Below are positions 24,501-38,300 of a DNA stretch of 64,000 bases, one piece after another. Numbering within the stretch: position 1 is the first letter of the stretch; every line of letters begins with the position of its first letter. The notes below the pieces were generated by a model. The model had not been told where the DNA came from. It saw nothing but the letters and a program-made list of their open reading frames with translations, and searched no databases. The translations under genes were made by a program, and so were the position numbers. Source of the stretch: Octopus sinensis (lineage: Eukaryota); NCBI RefSeq assembly GCF_006345805.1, contig NC_042998.1:153512001-153576000 (forward strand), given 5' to 3'.

Positions 24501-27458
24501 CTTTGTTGTGAAGAAAAACGACTATAAATTCATTAGCTAATTTCCTCTTTCTATCTAATACATTAACCAACAAATCAAAATAGATTTGTGATTAACTTAG
24601 ACATGGCATAAAAATTACTGATGTCTCCAAAAGAGTGAGTGACGTGGAGTTTAGTGACATCCAACGAACACTAAAGTTTTTCCCCAAATCCCGGGTTTTT
24701 ATAACTGCTCAACTTGACTAAAAAGAATCGAAATTCAGGACAAATATTCTTTATGAAACTTTTAGAATTTTTATATGAGCAGTTATATTAACCAATGGGA
24801 AAAAACAAAAATGATAATTCTTCGGCAAAGACATTACGTCATATTGCCAATTCGCGCCACATTTCAAAATGGCTAAAATGGTTATTGCTACAGTAGGATT
24901 AGATCAAAATGTCTGGTAACTGGTCGTTCTTTGGTCCAAAATGTAATTTATAAATGCATGATAATAACTTCTAGCAATAGCTTTCTTTATTTCGGTTGTT
25001 CGGTGGATCTTAAAAGACGTCTTAACAATCATTTTTCCTCTTTTAGGCTCAAACATAAGGCAGGTTGCACAACATTATCTTGCAAAATTTGGGAACTAAA
25101 AACAAATAATATAAAATTCAACCTAGTTAGAAGAGCGCAACCTTATAGAAATAGTAGGGATGGTTGTCAACTGTGTTCTATGGAAACTTATGAAATTTTA
25201 AAACATCAGAGTAATACAAATCTGTTGAATAACTGTTTGGAGCTGGGATAATCTTGTATACATCATACGACCCAAACATTTAAATACTTTAAATAATAAT
25301 TTTGAGAATATTCCTATATTTTTCAAATTTTAATTCTTTGTAACCAAATACGAAAGAATATACCATACTGGCTTTCAATTTAACATTCATAGATGACTAC
25401 AAAAACTTCACTGCAAACTTAAAATTGAATCCTTTTTCTTTCTAAAATTAAACTGTATGAATCTAAATAGTTGGAATCCTAAATAGTATGAATCCCAAAT
25501 AGTAGGAATACTAAATAGTATGAATCCTAAAGAAACTATTCGGTTCACCTTGATTATCTCACTTCCATTTCTTAATATATAATTAGTCTAAGATATCTTT
25601 ACAAAATATATATTTAACCAAATAGGAACGAATATACCATACTGGTTTTAGTTTAACACTCATAAATGATTTAAAAACTTCACTGCAAACTTAAAATTAA
25701 ATTCTTTTTTATAATGTTCTCCAATACTAAGTAGCATTAATCCTATGTCCCTAGAGAAACTATTTGGTTCATCCTGATTATCTCACTCCCATTTCTTAAT
25801 ATATAATTAACCTAAGATATTTTTACCTAACTAATTAACTTTTATCCGCAGGTAGTAAATTTTATTCCCAATAGATCCTATACTTTAATTCATTAATATC
25901 AACTCACTATCCATGAAATTTGAATAAATCCTTAAAAAATCCTTTAAAATGTTTTAGCCCGAAGGCCGCGGCCATGCTGGGGCACCACCGCTGAATAGTT
26001 TACTCTTCCAAATTACCTCTCTTCATATTATAAAATATCACTTTCTACTAAACCTATGAATATATTCCTTCTTTGATTTTCCCTCTTCCATCTTTCTTAG
26101 TATATATTTTGACCCCTAATATGTTCACTTGATTAATAAGGCTTTTTCCCCCAGTTAATAAGTACTATGCTTACTCATAATAAGTGATAGTCTTTTTTTC
26201 CAAATTGAATAAATTTTGGATTTATATTTTTTCCTTTATTCTAACGTGTCAAAGTACTTGGAACTTATAGACTAACTGTTGTGGTGATGTGTATAGGGTT
26301 TATAAGGTCTCTGCATTCTCTGTGAATGTTATTGTGACCACTTGACATTGACCTAGTTCTCCTAACGCTGAATCTGTTCATCAAATAGTAGTAATTGGCA
26401 TTTAGTTGTGACAATGTTGTTTTCTACATAAATTCCTTATATTGGAGCTTTGACATCCCCTTTACCCCATTTCTATAATTAGAAAATCTTTATTGTCTCC
26501 TTTCATTTGTTCTTCCCTCTCATAACCTTACAGTAGTCTGGAACAACTAAATCTTAGTCAGTCAGTTGATGGGCTCCACTACCTCAAATGTTCTTAAAAT
26601 TTAAATCCACATCTTTGTCTATATACCTACCTTCTCTATAATGTTGCCACTTGATATGAAAATTTTTGTATTAATGGAAAACCTCTATAATTGGCTGATG
26701 AGTGCTCAGCATTTTAAAACTGTTGTAATACTTACAACATTTAATAAAATTATGTAGTATGAAACGATCGTACCAAATTACCGGAGTCATTCTTGTTGCT
26801 TATTTTGATTATAATCACCCCACGGATTTTTATAGATAACACCATGCACAATTCTGGTGCATCTAAATTAAATACCATATTCATTTGAATCTAAATTTTT
26901 GCTGAACTTATATATATGTATGTATGTATGTATACATACTTATATATATGTATATATATATATATTGTTATATTTCGGAATGGTCATATTGCCAGTTTAG
27001 CCAATAAAAACACACGCACTATATATTTGGTGTTATTTTGCTTCAGTGATATTTATTTTTTACATTAATCTTAATCTTATTTCGGCCAAAGTTCTTTCGT
27101 CACACTCCTGTGACCGCATCAGTGGTCCTTTGTTTTCTTCTCACTTATTTGTGTCTCTCCTTACTAACCGTCAGCCATTTTGTATTTCTATTGCATGTCT
27201 TCATTTGCGCATGCTTATATCTCTATGTGCGTCTATGTTTATTTAGTGTGTGTGTGTGGGGGGGATGCCTGTAATATTTGTATCTTCTGTTTATATACAT
27301 TCTTGTAATTTGTATTTTGTTTTTGTTGTTGTTGCTTTTGTTCTAATTTTGTTCATGTGTTTACATCCACCCATTATTATCATTACATATGCTTGTATGT
27401 ATGTATAACAACAATATTAGTAATAATAATAATAAATCTAATCGAAAAAAAAAAAATA

Positions 27459-27512
<54 letters not shown>

Positions 27513-28051
27513 TACATATATATATATATATACACACATACATACATAGATATATATACATATATATAGTTATTCATTTCTATCTGTTTATTTATCTGTG
27601 TATTTATTATGTTTTCAGGATCCTCTATCGTCATATATTGTGGTGTGTGCTATTGCTCCATTCTAGTTTTCTATTCAGGCTAGGTTTATTTTCTATTATA
27701 TGTGTAGCTTCTGTAATTTGTCTAATTGTTGCATCTGTTCTATGTGTGGACAATATCTTAATCTCTATGTTATTGATTGATCCCCCATGTTCCTGTTTGG
27801 CGTGTTGGTACAGAATCGATGAGCTTTTACCTTCCTTGAGTTGTCTCCAATGTTCATTCACCCGCTCTCCAATGCTTCTTGCTGTTTCCCCTACGTATGT
27901 TACTGTCTCGTTACTGCATCGTCCCTCTATACATCTTATACTATAGACAGATAGATAAATAAACAGATAGAAATGAATAACTATATATATGTATATATAT
28001 CTATGTATGTATGTGTGTATATATATATATATGTATATGTGTATATATGTG

Positions 28052-28093
<42 letters not shown>

Positions 28094-29015
28094 TTTTTTT
28101 CTTTTTTTTTTTCCGATTAGATTTATTATTATTATTACTAATATTGTTGTTATACATACATACAAGCATATGTAATGATAATAATGGGTGGATGTAAACT
28201 CATGAACAAAATTAGAACAAAAGCAACAACAACAAAAACAAAATACAAATTACAAGAATGTATATAAACAGAAGATACAAATATTACAGGCATCCTCCCC
28301 ACACACACACACTAAATAAACATAGACGCACATAGAGATATAAGCATGCGCAAATGAAGACATGCAATAGAAATACAAAATGGCTGACGGTTAGTAAGGA
28401 GAGACACAAATAAGTGAGAAGAAAACAAAGGACCACTGATGCGGTCACAGGAGTGTGACGAAAGAACTTTGGCCGAAATAAGATTAAGATTAATGTAAAA
28501 AATAAATATCACTGAAGCAAAATAACACCAAATATATAGTGCGTGTGTTTTTATTGGCTAAACTGGCAATATGACCATTCCGAAATATAACAATATCTGT
28601 TTCAACACACGACTTCACATAAAAAATCTTGCACAACAAATATTTAAATGTATATATATATATATATATACACGTATAGGTATATATATTCTTCTTCTCC
28701 TCCTCCCCTTCATCTTCTTCTCCTTCCCTACCAAGTATTCACAATGACCTCGAACCCACAAGAGTAAACAAGAGAGAGAGAAACAGGCAGAAACAAGGAA
28801 AATGCCACTTGTATTTGAACACTATGCAACTATTCTTTTAAAATACTTTCCTTTTTATTTTTCCAAAATTTAATTATTTTCCATACTTACCAGTTGAAAA
28901 AGTCTCAACGACTGAAACCGGTACTGAAATGTTTTTTATAAAATTATTTTAGCATTTTCTATCTTGACTTTTTTTCCATATACAAATGTATATATACATA
29001 TTTATGTATATATAC

Positions 29016-29054
<39 letters not shown>

Positions 29055-32000
29055 TATACATGTAAATATATATGTATATGTACATATATATATGCATATA
29101 TATACATACACACATATATATATGCATATATACATACATATATTGTATATATATATATATGTATTTATGTATGTATATATGTATTTATATACTCGTATCA
29201 TTATCATCATCGTTTAACGTCTGCTTTCCATGCTAGCATGGGTTGGACGATTAGATTGAGGACTGGTGAACCAGATGGCTGCACCAGGTTCCAATCTGAT
29301 GTGGCAGAGTTTCTATAGCTGGATGCCCTTCCTAACACCAACTACTCTGTGAGTGTAGTGAGCGTTTTTTCGTGCCACCGGCACGAGGGCCGTCAGGTAG
29401 TACTGGCAATGGCTACGTTCAAATGGTGTCTTTTACATGCCACCTGCACAGGAGCCAGTCCAGCAGACTAGCAACGACCTCACTCGAATGTTTTCCATGT
29501 GCCACCGGCACAAGTACCAGTAAGGCTACACTAGTAACGATCATGCTCAAATGGTGCTTTTTACGTGCCAACAGCACGGAAGACAGCTGTTCTAGCAATG
29601 ATCACACTTGGATGTTGCTCTTAGTGCCCCACTAGCACGGATGCCAGTCATATTTCCAAAGGTCTCGGTCACTAGTCATTGCCTCGGTGAAGCCTAATTT
29701 TCGAAGGTCATGCTTCACCACCTCATCCCAGGTCTTCCTGGGTCTACCTGTTCCACAGGTTCCCTCAACTGCTTGGGTGTGGCACTTTTTCACACAGCTA
29801 TCCTCATCCATTCTTGCCACATGACCATACCAGCGCTGTTGTCTCTCTTGCACACCACAACTGATGCTTCTTAGGTCCAACCTTTCTCTTAAGGTACTTA
29901 CACTCTGTCGATTATGCACACTGATATTACACATCCATCAGAGCATACTGGCTTCGTTCCTTGTGAGCTTACGCATGTCCTCAGCAGTGATGGCCCATGT
30001 TTCACTGCCATGTAGCATGGCTGTTCGTACACATCCGTCATACTGTCTGCCTTTTACTCTGAGCGAGAGGCCCTTTGTCACCAGCAGAGGTAAGAGCTAT
30101 TCTTATTCTAGCAGCTACACTTTCAGTGCACCCTCTCCTGCTACTGACTGGGTCACCTAGGTAACAGAAGCTATCAACTACTTCTAATTTTTCTCCCTGG
30201 AATGTGGCAGAAGTTGTTCTTTGCACATTTTCTGTGTTTATTACTCCTGAGCATCTGCCACATACAAAAACTATCTTCCTAGCTAGCCTTCCTTTGATAT
30301 TGCTGCACCTCTTATATATCCATAGCTTACATTTATAGAGTTTCTACCTACGCCTTTTCTACAGATCGAGCAGGGCCATCTACCTGAAGGGATTTGTGGT
30401 TTGCCTGTCTTCCTACTTATTAGAACTTTGGTTTTAGCTAGGTTGACTTTAAGGCCCTTCGATTCTTATCCTTGTTTCCATGCCTGGAACTTCTCTTCTA
30501 GTTCTAATAGGGACTCAGCAATTAGAGCAAGGTCATCAGCATACAGGAGCTCCCAGAGGCATCCTGTCTTGAATTCCTCTGTTATTGTCTGGAGGACTAT
30601 AATAAATAGGAGGGGGTTAAGGACTGAACCTTGGTGGACCTCTACCTCTTCACTGTAGTCGTTGTCAACCCTCACCTTACTGACAGTGCCCCTGTACATG
30701 GCTTGTACAGCTCTCACCAATCTCTCATCTAACCCTAGTTTCCTCATTGACCACCAGATAAGGGATCAGGGGACCCTGTCAAAGGCTTTCTCAACGTCAG
30801 CAAAAGCCAGGTACAGAGGTTTATATTTAGCTAGGTATTTCTCCTGCAGCTGTCTTACCAGAAATATGGTTTTTACATGATACCAATATCACCAAGTAAC
30901 TTGCAAGACAAAGTTCCTTCAAATGAGCATGGTTGTTGTATTGAGAGATAGTTTTTATGCAAGGTGATAAGAGTTTAAATAAAGTATGACAGAGGGATAG
31001 AAATAGATATATCTTGCTGTAGAAGAAATACATGGCTACCCCAGTTGGAAAGAGAGAGGAGAGAGCTGGTGATGTTTTGGGGCATGCCTTCAAGTTACAG
31101 GGAAGTGAATATCAGTGGTACTGTCATAAACCAGCTTAAAGAAGGTTTTATTCAAGCTTTATTCTGCTCACTAATCTGTTAATCATGGCTGTCCACTGAT
31201 TAAAACGCGTTGTTTTATATTAGGTGAAAACATCATTCAACACTATGCCACATTTTTGTACTCTATAAAATAAGATATCTATAATTTTATCTCTTATTTA
31301 CTATTGTAGAAAGAAATTAATGATAGGATATTATAGTTCATAACAGGTACAGAGAGTTAGACAGTATGAGTAGGCAGGTAAATTTGCATGAGTGCCAAAG
31401 AAGAGTGGAAGATAAAGCGGGGAGGAATACAGTGAATGGTGAACACTAGTGGAAAGGAATGGGTTAGAAAATGAGTTGTTGGGGAGAGATTTGTCAGGGA
31501 CATTGTATACAGGTATAAATAACGTGTCTTTAGGACTTCATTTTTACTTCAATGAATGGGTCTTCTCAAACACAGCAAATTGGCAATCATCTTGGTCCTT
31601 TGTCATCTCTGTAAGTCTCAACATCCAGAGATCATTTTTACCACTTTGTCCTGGATCCCCCTCTTTCACAGATTCCATTCACATTTAGTGATCTGCATTT
31701 CTGTATGCAACTGACCTCATCCATATGCATCACATGACCAGTCTTCTCTCTTGCTCACTACTTCTGATGCCTCTTATGTCCAATTTTTCTTTCAATACAT
31801 CTACATTTTATTATACATGTACATTGATGTTGCACATTTAGTAGAGCATGCTAGCTTTGTTTCTTTCAAGCTTTTGCATTTTCTCTGCATTCACAGCTCA
31901 CCTTTCACAACCAGGTAGCATTGTTGTTTGTATACAAGCATCATGCAGTTGATCTTTCACTCTGAATGAGAGACCTTTTGTTGTCAACAGAGGTACTAGC

Positions 32001-35000
32001 TCTTTGAACTTTTTCCATCCTACTCTTATTCTAGCTACTATGCTTTTAGAACAACTTCCTTCACTGCTAATTAGATCACCTAGGTAATAAACTGTAACTT
32101 TCATGACCTGGCCCAGCAATTTGATTCCTCTGTAATTACTTCTGTGTAAGGCCTCTCCTTTACTCAAGTAACAGTTGACTACAATACTGCAACATCATTT
32201 GTTGGGTATGATACCTTTCTGTTTCTTTTGTTAGTAGTCTCTCAACTCTGAAAAAGATGATTCTGCAGTTTCTTGCTGAACAACCAGCACAGATGATTTT
32301 TTTTATAGTTAACTGTACTTGAGCTCACTCTCTCCATCAAATTAACATTGCTTGTACAAGTGCACAGTGTGCTACTTGTTAGGGATTGAAGTGATTGCAG
32401 AGCAACATGAAATTAAGTGTTTTGCACAAGAATATAATGCACTATCTGATCTGGGAATTGAAACCTTGATCTTGCAACCACAAGTGCAACACCCTAGCTG
32501 CTAGGCCCCATGCTCTCACTACCTCCCTGCACAACCTCATTAACTAGATAGGTTATATGGGTGATGAAGCCATACTCCACTCCACCAGAAATTTTAAGCA
32601 TCTTTGTGGTAATTCCTGATTGGCCTGGGGCCTACTCTTTCTTCATATCTTTGTTTTATCTATCATACTGCTGTTAACTGGGATAGCTGTTCCCCCTGTT
32701 GGGTCCATGTTAAGAAGGCTCTCTTTCTCCCATACATACTCCACATTAGCTTTTTATAGTAGCACAACCATCTGTATGCACTTCTCTCCCACATCACAAC
32801 TTTTTCTAATACACTGTCTTACAATCTAGAATACTTCATGCTTCTGATCCACATGCCACAGAACATTAGCAAAGCTTTTCCTTTCTGCATCTCCCATTGC
32901 TAGATGGACCTATTTCGTAGCTTCCCTTCTAGCTACTCTTCTATCCCTATTCATCCCATCCATCCAAACCTGTTATCATCCTATTCCACAACCATGTCAT
33001 CCTTGATCTGGCTAGAACATTACACCAGCCACAGATTTGGTCTGTTGCCCTCAATAAGTTGTCCTGATGGAACTTCCAGTTTTCAGTATTATAAATCTCT
33101 ATCTTCTTTTCATTAACCCTTTTGTTACTATATTTCTGACCAAAATACACCCCTTATGTGTTTCAATTAATTTTTAACATAATCATAAATTTAGTCTGGT
33201 TTCATTAAACAACTATAACTTTTTTATTTATCAATATATTAATGTGATTTTTGGAAGATAATTTAATGAAATGTTCTCAACCAATTCTATACTATAATTT
33301 TTTCACAAAGTGACTCTAATTGCAGGTAGATACAGGTAAATTCAACAAAATATAAAATTATTAAAATTTTTGTTCAAACATCGCTATAGAAAATGGGTTA
33401 TTAGCTAATATTCAATTGGGTATACAACAAAATTTTACTATAGAATTTGTTATTATGGGTAACTTTCTGATACCCATAATAATATTTATAGCAAAATAGG
33501 CCTTAATTTCATTTAAGGTTGTGGGAAACCACAAAATATCCTATCTTTCACTTTGTTTACATTTAGCGTAATGGTTCGTTTCCGCCGTAATGATTTCAAA
33601 TAGGCTCATTCGAAAAAGTAAATAGAAATAGTCTTTGCTACCCCCTTTTTTCCATTTTTTCCAGACCTGTTTCTCTCTTTTATAATTCTGTCAATGTCAC
33701 TGTTCCACCACCACATCACCCTCGGTCTGACAGAGGCTTTGCTCCAACAACAGATTTCGTCTGTTGCCTTCAGTAGATTGTCCCATAGGAACTTCCACTT
33801 ATCCTCTACATCATATGCCTCTATCTCTTTCTCCTTCTCATCAAAGGCCTCATTAAAGACAAATCTGCCTATTTGAAGGATCCTTGAGCTTCCACAACCT
33901 CCTTTACCATATTGTCTTGCGTCTCTGGATCTTTCTGATCCTAAGCTTGAAGTCACTAACTGCTAGCTTATGTTGAGTTGTACATTCTTCACCTGGAAAA
34001 TATTTTTGCATTTACAAGCATTTATCCTTGTGTCTGATGAAGATGTAGTTAGTCTGGATGGTGTCCCACCCCCCACCCCATATTGATAAATGATCAGATG
34101 ATTTGCAGGTTTTCTGAAGTTGGTGTTGCAGGCCAGTAAGATATGAGCATCACATAACACTAGCAGCCTTGTCCCCTCTTTATTTCTGAAGCCGAAGTCA
34201 TAACCTCCATGCACACCCTGAAATCCATCAGAGTGTTTTCCAGCATGTCCATTGAAGTCCCCTGCTATGATGAGAATGTCATCATCTTTCATTATCAAGG
34301 TAGTCCTCAGAAGGAATTCGTAGAAGTAGTCCTTCTGAGTGTCTGTGAGTCTGGCATGCAGAGCATATACAAAGATAACTAACACTGTTAGAGAGAGATC
34401 GAGGAAGAGAGGGTGATATCCAAAACAGAGAAATGACAAACACCTGTCAAAGTGTGGGTTTTTTTGCCCTAGTAACCACAGCTTTTCTGATAGGGATTTC
34501 TCACTTAGTCCACTCACTTCCTTGCCTCTTTTTACATGTCCCTGTAAATTTTGGAGCGAATCCGACTGCGTTTAGTGCCCCTCAACCTGTACCAATCCCC
34601 AAACCAGACAAACAAATTTTACGGATTTCAGATTTATAACAGAGACTAGCTTAAGGTGACCCACTCTACACGCGGGTGAGTGTGTCGTTACTTCTACCGC
34701 TCTGTTTCTCCTTTCTCTTTCACTTTCCCTTTCTCTTACTCTTTATCCTTCTCTATCTATCTCTCTCCCATTTATAAAATTTAGATTTCCTAGCAGAGAA
34801 ACCCGATCTTGCTCGGGATTGAAATAGTTTATCATTTTATTTGTTTCGGTATTATAACCCAATTTCATTCGGGTCTACGTGGGCCACACTTTAAAAGATG
34901 AGGAATTTTGCCTTAGAGGCCACACCTTTCAATTGATCAAACTGAAAGTTGCCATGCAAACTCGCCAGGACTTTTCACATAGGTGTGTAAATTTTCAGCT

Positions 35001-35325
35001 CACTCTGACCATATTTACTAACACGTTTGCCTATATAACTGCTTGTGAGACAACGTCCGCCCTTTTCACAAATATGTAGTAGACTTAATGAGATACCCGG
35101 CCTTGCTTAGGATTCAAAGGGCATAGTTTTTCATTGTTTTACTTGTTTGATTAGTATAACCTGATTTCTTTTGGGTCTACTTGGGCCACATTTTAAAACA
35201 TGAGGAATTTTGTCCTAGAGGTTATGCCTTTCATTTGAGGAAAAAAATAGTTGCCATTCAAACTCGCCAGCACTTTTAACATAGGTGTACGTATTTTCAG
35301 CTCAATCTGACCACATAATGCACAC

Positions 35326-35359
<34 letters not shown>

Positions 35360-38300
35360 TTATATATATATATGTGTGTGTATGCATTATATAGATAAAT
35401 GTATACAAATTATATATATACATTATATATACATATTTACATATAAATATGCACACACACACAGACACACACATAAATTAACCCAATAAATATATGATTC
35501 ATAATATTTGTTCTCATGATTGTGTGGTGGTGGGGTGCGATAATAATTCAGCGTTGTAAAGGTCCTGTAGTGGGATTATTGAAACTTTTGCGACTGTTGA
35601 AGCTTCCTCTCTATGAATACAGACAGACGTAGAAAGAGAGAGAGAGAGGCAGTTGGAGAAAGAGTGACAGAGCTGGCAAAGGTGGCAGGGGAAAGAGAGT
35701 GGAAACTGTTAAACATCGTTTCTTCTTTCTCTTTCACTTTTCCACTCTCTTACTCTTCCTTTCTCTCAGACTCTCCCTTGCTTTCTCTTACTCTCTATCT
35801 TTCTCTATCTGTCTCTCTCCCATTTATGAAAAACAAAAGATCTTGAGTAAGTTGAGAAAGAAAATATTTTGAAAGATAAATCATAAATATCAGGCAGTGA
35901 CAACGGAAAGCACACTTGTGTTTTGTACATACCACTATTTTGAGTGATTAAGAATTAGGAAAATAAAGGATTTCATTGTTAAATTTAGTAATTATTTTGG
36001 GAATTTTTCAAGGATTAGGGTATTGCCTGGAAAATTCCAAGGAAATTGGTACTTCTTGTAAAGTTCCAGGGATTTGTGTGTTTCCTAGAAAGTTCCAAGG
36101 ATTAGGTAAAATTACTTCCTGGAATGTTCTGAGGATCAGTGTATTTGCTGGAAAGTTCCGAGTATAAGGGAAAATTACTTCCTTGAAATTCCGATGATTA
36201 AAAATAAGGAAAAAAGGATTTCTTTGTTAAATTTAGTACTTATTTTGGGAATTTTTCGACAATTGACTATGCAAATGAAAGCTCTAAACACGGGCTATAT
36301 GCAGCTGTAAATTTCTTTCAGAAAAAATTAAAAATGAAAAGCAAAACTACATAGAAATGAGAAATTTTTTCAACTTCAAAAATCTTGCCTTAATTTTCAA
36401 AATTTTGAACCCTTTTTTCGCGCTTACATCACAAATCCACTTCCACTTTAGCATGTTGAAATTTGATTGAAATTGGGCAAAAGGTGTCCAATCTAGACCC
36501 TCAAGTGTCACCGAAAATCAATAAAATCCCAGTTTTTACAGCAAAGCAACCACTTTAGCACCCCAAAACGTTTCCCAATCAATTTCTCACCACAAATTAC
36601 CCCCTCCTGTAAATTTTAATCCCCTTCCAGCCCCATTTAGACCCCGTTTTACATAAAAATCCAGTTTGTATCAATGTTTGCCTTCTTCATTTTATAGATA
36701 GGATTAGATGCCAATCTCGTCAATCTGGAGGGGCTTAGAGTCCCCTTGAATCTTCTCACCATAGCAACCACATCTTTCCAGATGGTGAGTTTTAACCTAC
36801 TCAACTTTCTGCCTCATCACGCCTTCTATGCCTGTGTCAATTTTCAGCTCGATCCGACCGCTGGTCTGGCCGCCAAGCTCTGATGTAGCAAAATGTGCAC
36901 ACAATTTTGACCCAAAGCCTCTTTTATATATATAGATAGCATCTAAACCTGGTCTTGCTCAGGATTAATATAGTTTATCATTATTTTATTTGTTTCGGTA
37001 TTATAACTCGATTTCATTCAGGTCTACACGGGCCACATTTTAAAAGATGAGGAATTTTGCCCTAGAGGCCACACCTTTCAATTGAGCAAACCTTGCTTGG
37101 GATTAAAATGGCATAGTTTTTCATTGTTTTACTTGTTTGGTTAATATAACCTGAATTCATTCGAGTCTACTCGGGCCACATTTCAAAAGATGAGGAATTT
37201 TGTCCTAGAGGTCATGCCTTTCATTTGAGGAAAAAAATAGTTGCCATGCAAGCTCGCCAGCACTTTTAACATAGGTGTGCATATTTTTAGCTCAATCCAT
37301 CCACATAATGCACACATTATATATATATGTGTGTAAGTGTGTATGCATTATATATACAAATGTATACAAATTACATATATCTATATATATATATATATAC
37401 ACAGATATATACACTTTGTATATATATATACATTATATATATATATATTTATATATAGATACACACACACACATATATAAATTAACCTAATAAATATCTG
37501 ATTCATAATATTGTTCTCATGATTGTGTGGTGGTGGTGGGTGATAATAATTCCCTGTTATAAAGGACCTATGGCAGGAATATTCAAAATTTTGCGGTTGT
37601 TAACACTTTCTCTCTATGAATGCAGACAGACGTACAGAGAGAGAGAAAGAGGTGGTGGGAAGAAAGAGTGACAGAGCTGGCGAAGATGGTGAGGGAAAGA
37701 TAGTGGAAGCTGTCAATAGAGAGAAAGTGAAGGGAAGGGAGGAAAGAGAGAGAAAGACGGAGAAAGACAGGCAGATATGCAAAAGACAGAAACGACAAAC
37801 ACTTGTCAAAGTGGGGTTTTTTGCCCTAGTAACCACAGCTTTTCTGATAGGGATTTCTCACCTAGTCCTCTCACTTCCTCGCCTCTTTTTACATGTCCCT
37901 GTAAATTTTGGAGCGAATCCAACCACATTTAGTGCCCCTTAACTCATTCCAGTCGCAAAACCAGACAAACAAACTTTTTTGCATTTCAGAATTATAATAT
38001 AGAGACTAGCTTAAGGTGACCTGCTCTACGCGCGGGTGATGTTTTGGTTGTTGGACCAATGTATTAATGTAGCATTGTTTTATTGTTTTAAAACGAAAGA
38101 GGCAATGCATTTATTTCTAAAAAAAAAAAAAAAAAAAAAGACAAACGTCCGCCAATGGGAAGACAGTTCATATTGGATTAGAGCACTCTGGGTATAATCA
38201 TAAAATTGAAAAATGGAATTTCGGAGGCGAATATTGTCGAGGACTCTAAACAAATAAAGTTTTTAACCTGCAAGAAGATAGTTTAAACCAAAAAAGGCAG

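Noticed and set aside
27357-28197. Multiple YIYI-rich ORFs, including the 185-aa ORF 27389..27946
   Set aside because: Translations of (TA)n/(TACA)n tracts and antisense Penelope sequence.
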